DNA from: Candidatus Rokuibacteriota bacterium
GTDB lineage: Bacteria > Methylomirabilota > Methylomirabilia > Rokubacteriales > CSP1-6
Length of the DNA: 26,215 bases
Reading direction: 5' to 3'
Assembly (NCBI GenBank): GCA_016184305.1
Contig: JACPCX010000139.1
Location: 1 to 26,215, forward strand
Part shown: positions 16,646 through 26,215 of the stretch, one piece after another
Layout of the letters: each line of letters starts with the position of its first letter
Numbering within the stretch: position 1 is the stretch's first letter
The notes under the pieces: generated by a model
Told to the model about the DNA's origin: nothing
What the model saw: only the letters and a program-made list of their open reading frames with translations
Databases searched by the model: none
Made by a program: the position numbers and the translations under genes

Positions 16646-19600
16646 TCACGGCGGCACGACGCGGTCGTAGAGGGCGCGCACCCAGGCCGTGCGGCGCCTG
16701 TAGTCCGCCAGGAAGTCCTTGCGCGACGGGTAGTCGAGGCTCCGCGCGATCCGCCCGGGGATGGGTCCCGCCAGCTCGAGGGCGTCCGGGGGGCGCGCGC
16801 CGAAGAGGCGTACCGCTCCCGATACGCGGCGGAGGAAGCGGTACTGCTCGGCGAGCCCCTCCGCGTCCTCCCGGGACAGGAGCCCGATCGCGCCCATGGC
16901 GCCGATCGCCTGCAGCGTGGTCGGGCGGCGGATGGCGGGGTGCCGGGCCCCGCTGGTGAGCTGGATCGCCTGGGTGATGAACTCCACGTCCACGAGGCCG
17001 CCCCGGCCGAACTTGACGTGGAAGAGCCCGGGCGTCTCCTTTCCGAGCTCCTTCTCCATGCGCTCCCTGAGCAGCCGCATCTCCTTGAGGTCCGCCGGCG
17101 CCGCCAGCGCCCCGTAGAGGAGCGCGCGGATGAGCCGCCGCACCCGGCGGCCGAGGCGCGCGTCCCCCGAGCAGAGCCGCGCCCGCGTCAGGGTCTGCCG
17201 CTCCCACGGGTCCGCCCACTCGCGGTAGTACTGCTCCATGGCCGGAAGGCTCGAGGCGAAGCCCGAGCCCTTGGATCCGGGGCGCAGCCGGAGATCCACC
17301 GGGAAGACGACGCCCGCGGCGGTGATATCGCCGAGGACACCGGAGAGGGCTTCCACGGCCCGGTCGTAGAACACGTGGGCCTCGACGCTCTCCGACCCGT
17401 CAGTCCGCCCGGGGCCCTCGTAGATTACGAACAGGTCCAGATCCGATCCCGTGCTCAGCTCCCGCCCGCCGAACTTCCCGAGCCCCACGATCACGGCCGG
17501 GACGAACCGCCCATCGGCGCCGCGCGGCACGCCATAGAGCGACGTCACCTGCTCGAGCGCCATGAGCCACGCCGTGGAGAGCGCGGCCTCGGCGAGCGCC
17601 GTCATCTCGGCGGAGAAGCGCTCGGCATTCGTCACCCGCAAGAGCATCCGCCACGTGATGCCGAGCTCCTCGGCCTGCTTGAGACGCCGCAGCCGGTCCT
17701 TGCGCTCGGTCAGCGACAGCCGCGGCGCGAGCGCCGCCGCCAGCGTCACCCGGAAGGCCGCCTTGCCCTTGGGCGCCGCGAAGGTCGCCGGATCGGCGAG
17801 GCCGTTGAGGAGCTCGGGCTGGGCCAGGAGCATCTGGGTGAGGAGCTCGCCGCGGGCGCAGAGCTTCACCAGGTTCGCCAGCAGGCCGGGGCGGTTGGCC
17901 AGGAGCTCGAGGTAGGCCGTCCGGGGCCCGGCGGCCGCCACGAAGCGCTCGAACTGGTTCAGCGCCTCGTCGGGGTCGGGGCTCTGCCAGAGGGCGTCGA
18001 GCAGCACCGGGAACATCCGCCAGAGGGCGGCCTGGGCGCGCGCCGGGTACGGCAGGAGCGGCCGGCCCTCGAGGACGAGCCGCAGGTTCTGCCGGGCGCG
18101 GTCCGGGTCGGCGAAGCCCGTGGCCTTGAGCGCGGTGAACCTGGGAATGCGCGGGGGCTCGGCCTTCGTCCGGGCCGGTCGCGTGTCGAAGAACTCCCGG
18201 AACGCCGCGTGCACGCCCCGCGTGACGCGCCGGTACTCGGCGAGGAAGCGCCGCCGGGCGGCGTCCGGCGGCAGCGCCACGCCCATGCGGCGCGCCAGGA
18301 GCCCGAGGGCCGCCGGGTCCTCGGGCAGCGTGTGAGTCTGGAACTCGTACAGGATCTGCAGCCGGTGCTCGACGGTGCGGAGGTAGACGAGGGCGTCGCC
18401 CAGGAAGCGCCCCAGGGCCGGCGACACGTAGCCCCGTTCCGTGAGCCGGAAGATGGCCCGCAGGCTGTTCCGCTCGCGCAGCCACGGATCGTCCCCGGCG
18501 TAGAGCAGCTGGAGCGCCTGGACGAGGAACTCGATCTCCCGGATCCCCCCGACGCCCAGCTTCACGTTCCGGCGCTCGATGCCCTTGGCCCGCTGGGAGC
18601 GGTCGATCTCCTGCTTCATCCGCCGGATCTCGCCGACGATCCCCGGGTCGAGCCCGGGGCGGAACACGAACGGACGCGTGAGCTCGAAGAATCGGGCGCC
18701 GACCGCCGCGTCGCCCGCGCAGGCGCGCGCCTTGATGAGCGCCTGCCGCTCCCACAGCTCGGCGCGCTCGGCGAAGTACGTCCGGTAGCCCCCGAGCGAG
18801 AGGATCAGCGCCCCGGAGCGCCCCTCGGGCCGGAGCCTCAGGTCCACGCGGAAGGCGTGCCCCTCGTCGGTCACCGACTCGATGGCCGCCACGATCGAGC
18901 GCGTGGCCTCGGTGAAGTACCGGTCGTTGGAGACGCGGCCGGCCGTGCCCCCCGTGGTCTCGCCATCCTCGCCGTAGACGAAGATCAGGTCGATGTCGGA
19001 GGAGTAGTTCAGCTCGTCCCCGCCGAGCTTGCCCATGCCGATGACGGCGAGCCCCGTGCGCGCCCCGTCCGGCCCCACGGGCACGCCGTAGAGCGGCTCG
19101 AGCCCGCCCTCGGCCCAGCGCCGCGCCTCCTCGAGGCACACGTCCGCCAGCCGCGACAGCTCCTCCGTGGTGACGGTGAGATCGGCGTCACCCAGGATGT
19201 CGCGGCAGCCGATCCGCAGGAGCTGGCGGTACTTGAAACGGCGGAGCGCGTTCCAGCGGGCCGCGGCCCTCGAGAACGCGGCCGTGCTCTGCCGCAGCTC
19301 CTCCTCCAGGTCGTCCCGCAGCCACTGGCGCATGGTCCAGGGCTCGAGCAGCCAGAGGAACAGGTGGGAATAGCGGCGCAGCGTGTCGGCGAGGACCTGG
19401 CTCGTCCCCCCGAGGCGGGCGAGGAGATGGATCGCGCCCGGATGGGCGTCGAGGAGCCGGAAGAAGGCGGCGCGCTCGCTGTGAGCGGCCAGGCGCTCCA
19501 GGTTGTTGAGCGCCATGTCCGGATCGGGGGCGCCCTGGATCTCGCCCAGGAGTCGCGGCAGAACGGGCGCCAGGAGCTCGCCGTCGAACGGCGTCGGCGC

Positions 19601-19708
19601 CAGCGCGTGGAGGTTGGCGAGGGCCGCCGCCGGATCCGCAAAGCCGAGACGCTGGAGCTGCCGGAGGGCCCGGGGATCGCCGGGAACCGCCGCCAGCAAA
19701 CCGATCAT
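16646..19708 (-). CDS. glnE: Bifunctional glutamine synthetase adenylyltransferase/adenylyl-removing enzyme
   Basis: Two nucleotidyltransferase repeats: GMGKLGGDELNYSSDIDLIFVY..RVDLRLRPEG..WERQALIKAR..KLGVGGIREIEF and GLGKFGGRELSTGSDLDLFVIY..VDLRLRPG..KFGRGGLVDVEF. Confidence 0.96.
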   Translation of the reverse strand: MIGLLAAVPGDPRALRQLQRLGFADPAAALANLHALAPTPFDGELLAPVLPRLLGEIQGAPDPDMALNNLERLAAHSERAAFFRLLDAHPGAIHLLARLGGTSQVLADTLRRYSHLFLWLLEPWTMRQWLRDDLEEELRQSTAAFSRAAARWNALRRFKYRQLLRIGCRDILGDADLTVTTEELSRLADVCLEEARRWAEGGLEPLYGVPVGPDGARTGLAVIGMGKLGGDELNYSSDIDLIFVYGEDGETTGGTAGRVSNDRYFTEATRSIVAAIESVTDEGHAFRVDLRLRPEGRSGALILSLGGYRTYFAERAELWERQALIKARACAGDAAVGARFFELTRPFVFRPGLDPGIVGEIRRMKQEIDRSQRAKGIERRNVKLGVGGIREIEFLVQALQLLYAGDDPWLRERNSLRAIFRLTERGYVSPALGRFLGDALVYLRTVEHRLQILYEFQTHTLPEDPAALGLLARRMGVALPPDAARRRFLAEYRRVTRGVHAAFREFFDTRPARTKAEPPRIPRFTALKATGFADPDRARQNLRLVLEGRPLLPYPARAQAALWRMFPVLLDALWQSPDPDEALNQFERFVAAAGPRTAYLELLANRPGLLANLVKLCARGELLTQMLLAQPELLNGLADPATFAAPKGKAAFRVTLAAALAPRLSLTERKDRLRRLKQAEELGITWRMLLRVTNAERFSAEMTALAEAALSTAWLMALEQVTSLYGVPRGADGRFVPAVIVGLGKFGGRELSTGSDLDLFVIYEGPGRTDGSESVEAHVFYDRAVEALSGVLGDITAAGVVFPVDLRLRPGSKGSGFASSLPAMEQYYREWADPWERQTLTRARLCSGDARLGRRVRRLIRALLYGALAAPADLKEMRLLRERMEKELGKETPGLFHVKFGRGGLVDVEFITQAIQLTSGARHPAIRRPTTLQAIGAMGAIGLLSREDAEGLAEQYRFLRRVSGAVRLFGARPPDALELAGPIPGRIARSLDYPSRKDFLADYRRRTAWVRALYDRVVPP

Positions 19709-19757
19709 CGAGGGCGCGCCCGCATGGGCGACGCTGGGCCTGTCGCGAGGGGCGCGG

Positions 19758-23221
<3,464 letters not shown>

Positions 23222-23228
23222 GGCCGGC

Positions 23229-23861
23229 TCACGGGCTCAGGGCCGCCGCGGCCGGAGCATCGAGGCCGTCGAGATGCGCGGTGTCGTTCACCGAGAGGAC
23301 CCGCGGCGGCGCCACCTCGGTGAGCGAGCCGTTGGAGAGCGTGACCCGCCAGATGGCCGACAGCGGTAGCCCCAGGCAATGGGCGAGGAAGGCGCTGATG
23401 ACGCCGCCGTGGCAGACCACGAGCACATCGTCGCCATTCGGATGCCCCGCGGCGATCGCCTCGATGGCGCACACGACACGTCGCTGCACGGCATGCAGCG
23501 GCTCGCCGCCAGGCGGCAGCCCGACCACGGGGTCCCGCACCCACCGGGCATAGGGATCGCCGGGCAGCGCCCGGATCTCCTCCACGGTGCGGCCCTCCCA
23601 CTCCCCGAGCGACAGCTCGCGCAGATCCTCCACGGTCACCACGGCCATGGAGAGCCAGGCGGCGACGATCTCCGCCGTGCGCCGGGCGCGGTTGAGGGGG
23701 CTCGTGTAGATGGCCGCCAGCCGGCGCCGGCGCAGCGCCTCGCCCAGGGCCTCGGCCTGACGCAGCCCGAGCGGCGACAGCGGCACGTCCTGCATCCCCT
23801 GGAAGCGGCGCACCGCATTGGAGACCGACTGGCCGTGGCGGGCCAGCAGCAGGCCGGTCAC
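23229..23861 (-). CDS. Histidine phosphatase (phosphoglycerate mutase/CobC-like) family protein
   Basis: ARHGQS, FQGMQDVPLSPLG, YTSPLNRARRTA, LRELSLGEWEG, VVCHGGVI, VNDTAHL; GTG overlaps the gltX stop. Confidence 0.92.
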   Translation of the reverse strand: MTGLLLARHGQSVSNAVRRFQGMQDVPLSPLGLRQAEALGEALRRRRLAAIYTSPLNRARRTAEIVAAWLSMAVVTVEDLRELSLGEWEGRTVEEIRALPGDPYARWVRDPVVGLPPGGEPLHAVQRRVVCAIEAIAAGHPNGDDVLVVCHGGVISAFLAHCLGLPLSAIWRVTLSNGSLTEVAPPRVLSVNDTAHLDGLDAPAAAALSP

Positions 23862-25181
23862 GATCTCCCCTCGCAGGCCGACTGGGCGGCCTTCAGGCGG
23901 GCGAGAGTTTCGGGCTTGCCGAGGAGGCTCACCACCTGGAAGATCGGCGGGCTCACCGTCGTGCCCGTGATGGCGACGCGGGTGAGCTGGGCGAGGTCCA
24001 CGAGCTTGACCTCAAGCTGCGCCGCCAGCTCCCGATACAGCGCCTCGACGGCCGCCGGGTCGAGGTCGGCCTGGGCCTCGAGCCGCTTGATCAGCAGCGC
24101 GTAGCGGTCATGCGCCGCGCCGGTCCAGAACTTGGCCGTGGCCTGTGGATCATAGGCCGCCGGCCGCCGGAAGTAGAACGTGGCCTTCTCCGCCATCTCC
24201 ACCAGGGTGTGGGAGCGCTCCCTGAGGGTCTCCGTGACGCGCGCGAGCCACGGCCGCTCCGCCGGCGCCGGCAGGCCCGCGCTGTCGAGGAAGGGCATCA
24301 GCTGGGCCGCCAGGCACTCGGGCGGCATCGCCTTGATCCAGTGCATGGACAGCCACTCGAGCTTGGCGCGGTCGAAGATGGCCGCGGCCTGGCCCACGTG
24401 CGCCAGGTCGAAGTGCCGCGCGATGTCGTCTCGAGAGAAGATCTCCTCATCGCCGTGGGACCAGCCGAGCCGGGCCAGGTAGTTGAGCATGGCCTCGGGC
24501 ACGATGCCCGCGTCCCGGAACGCCTGGACGGAGGTGGCCCCGTGCCGCTTGCTGAGACGGCTCTTGTCCGCTCCGAGGATCATGGGGATGTGGGCGAAGG
24601 CGGGCAACGGGTAGCCCAGAGCCTCGTAGCACTGGATCTGCTTGGGCGTGTTCGACAGATGGTCGTTGCCCCGGATGACGTGGGTGATCTTCATCGTCAC
24701 GTCGTCCACCACGACGCAGAAGTTGTAGGTCGGCGTCCCGTCGGTGCGCACCAGGATCCAGTCGTCGAGCTGGGTGTGGTCGAAGGTGACCCGCCCGTGG
24801 ATGGCATCCTCCACGACCGTCTCCCCGCCGGCGGCGATGCGCAGCCGCAGCGCGCTGGGCTCCGAGGCCGGCACGGCGAGGTCGCGGCAGGTGCCGGGGT
24901 ACCGGAACGTCTCCCCGCGCTGCTGGGCCTCCCGCCTGAGGGCGTCGAGCGCCTGGGCCGTGCAGCGGCAGCGGTAGGCGCGTCCCTCGGCCAGCAGGCG
25001 GTCGGCCTGCGCCTTGTAGATCTCCAGACGCTCCGTCTGGCGGTAGCCCGCCGCGGGCGGCCCCTCATCCCAGTCGAGCCCCATCCAGCTCAAGGCCTCG
25101 AGGATGGACTGGATGTACTCCTCCCACGTGCAGGTGCCCCGTGGGGCTCGGGGCAAAGCGGACGCGCACCGCTTCTGGCAT
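23858..25181 (-). CDS. gltX: Glutamate--tRNA ligase; as assembled it has a frameshifting deletion at ~25120-25124
   Basis: ATG 25181 gives MPEAVRVRFAPSPTGHLHVGG; the remainder (EEYIQSIL..WDEGP..DGTPTYNF..VIRGNDHLSNTPKQ..LSKRHGA..NYLARLGWS) is in another frame, and the ARTAL..RIEDTD segment is missing. Confidence 0.93.
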
Positions 25182-25265
25182 AGGCCCTTATTCTAACCGA
25201 CTCATCCCCCGGATCGGGCCGCGCGGTTCTGCCCCCCAGCGGCCTGCCAGGCCGCAGAAGAACCC

Positions 25266-25350
25266 AGCAGGCCGCTCAAGAGGGCGCAGAAGCGAGGCGG
25301 CGAGCGAGCCGTGCCCGCTGTCCGTTGAACGAGGAGCGACCGAGCCAACG
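25266..25350. repeat. Possible degenerate short interspersed (MITE/REP-like) element
   Basis: The reverse complement of 25320-25350 (cgttggctcggtcgctcctcgttcaacggac) resembles 6659-6690 (cgttacccggtcgcccgcgacgctcaacgttc); both are intergenic. Confidence 0.35.
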
Positions 25351-25477
25351 GTCGGGTCAAGGGCTGGAGCGGTCTCCGAGACCGGGCCCGGCTCCAGCCT
25401 CCGGCCGCCAACAACGGATCCCGTCCCACGACCAGCCCGTGGGGCCCTGTCGCGGAGGCTGGATCGGCGCAGCGCCT

Positions 25478-25663
25478 TTAGAGATGGGCGAGCAGCGCGT
25501 GGACACGCTCGGGCGAAAGCACCGGATGCAGGATCCGCAACCGGCCGCCGAAGGCGTCGGCCACGGCGTTGGCGATGGCCGCGGCGGCGGGCCCCCCCCC
25601 GGTGAGGACGACGATGCCGAAACTGACCAGCGTCACGACGATCAGTCGGGCTGTCGATGTCAT
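25478..25663 (-). pseudogene. Chimeric short ORF: signal-peptide-like N-terminus joined to a xanthine dehydrogenase-family molybdopterin subunit C-terminus
   Basis: MTSTARLIVVTLVSFGIVVLTGG plus GPAAAAIANAVADAFGGRLRILHPVLSPERV, resembling the P.A.AIANAV.DA.G.R....P..PERV tail of Xdh/CoxL-like proteins. Confidence 0.6.
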
Positions 25664-25692
25664 GAGCGTGCCTGCCTTGTTGTGGTCCAGCG

Positions 25693-26215
25693 TCACCCCA
25701 GGTACGCCAGCGCGACGTCCGTCGCGGCAAACTCCTCGGGGGGCCCCTCGTAGGCGACCACCCCGCGGTCGAGGACGTACACGTAGTCCGCAATGGTCAG
25801 CGCCATCGCGGCGTTCTGCTCCACCAGGAGGATCGCGAGCCCCTCTCCGTTGAGTCGGGCGATGATCTCGAAGATGTCCTGGACGATCCGCGGTGACAGC
25901 CCGAGCGACGGCTCGTCGAGGAGGAGCGTCCGGGGCCGGGTCATGAGGGCCCGGCTGATGGCCAGCATCTGCTGCTCGCCGCCGGACAGCGTTCCCGCCA
26001 GTTGCGCCAAGCGGTTTCTCAGGACGGGGAAATAGCCATACACGCGATCGAGGTCCTCGGCGATCGTCCGCCGGTCCCGGTGACTGTAGGCCCCGAGCTC
26101 GAGGTTCTCGCGCACCGTCATCTGCGGGAACAGCTCGCGGCGCTCGGGCACCAGGCTGAGTCCGGCCCGGACGATGCGCGGGGTGGGCAGCCCGGCGATC
26201 GACCTGCCGTCGAAG
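25693..26215 (-). CDS. Branched-chain amino acid-type ABC transporter ATP-binding protein, LivF-like (5' end outside the window)
   Basis: FDGRSIAGLPTPRIVRAGLSLVPERRELFPQMTVRENLELGAY..AGTLSGGEQQMLAISRALM..LLLDEPSLGLSP..ILLVEQNA..AYLG. Confidence 0.93.
   Translation of the reverse strand, partial: FDGRSIAGLPTPRIVRAGLSLVPERRELFPQMTVRENLELGAYSHRDRRTIAEDLDRVYGYFPVLRNRLAQLAGTLSGGEQQMLAISRALMTRPRTLLLDEPSLGLSPRIVQDIFEIIARLNGEGLAILLVEQNAAMALTIADYVYVLDRGVVAYEGPPEEFAATDVALAYLG

Noticed and set aside
25115..25130. Programmed ribosomal frameshift in gltX
   Set aside because: A frameshift could not supply the missing conserved ARTAL..RIEDTD segment.

Overview
High-GC bacterial window; gene content and style suggest Rokubacteria/Methylomirabilota, but this is an unverified guess. 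Most genes are on the minus strand and form a housekeeping backbone: livF-like ABC ATPase (partial), gltX, histidine phosphatase, Na/Pi cotransporter, glgA, glnB, glnE, a small membrane protein, a DUF4258/DUF2283-like toxin-antitoxin pair, polA, coaE, rsmA(ksgA), then rnj, ftsK, lolA, yajQ and a PEP-CTERM surface protein with a probable sigma54 promoter (missed by the ORF track because it runs off the window). Between rsmA and rnj lies a ~4.8 kb accessory patch: a cytochrome b/diheme cytochrome c fusion, vapBC, a truncated pyridoxamine-phosphate-oxidase-like gene, a truncated DUF222 gene with a structured upstream region, and remnants of a DUF5131 (Gp37/Gp68-like) + TcmP pair interrupted by an intact, oppositely oriented, free-standing LAGLIDADG endonuclease ORF. 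The window also has many abrupt deletion/fusion junctions (yajQ, PPOX/DUF222, tcmP, DUF5131 twice, coaE-rsmA spacer, gltX, a signal-peptide/Xdh chimera) and a 47-bp tandem duplication. These are either local assembly errors (more likely, since gltX is hit) or real genome erosion. No rRNA, tRNA or CRISPR array was seen.
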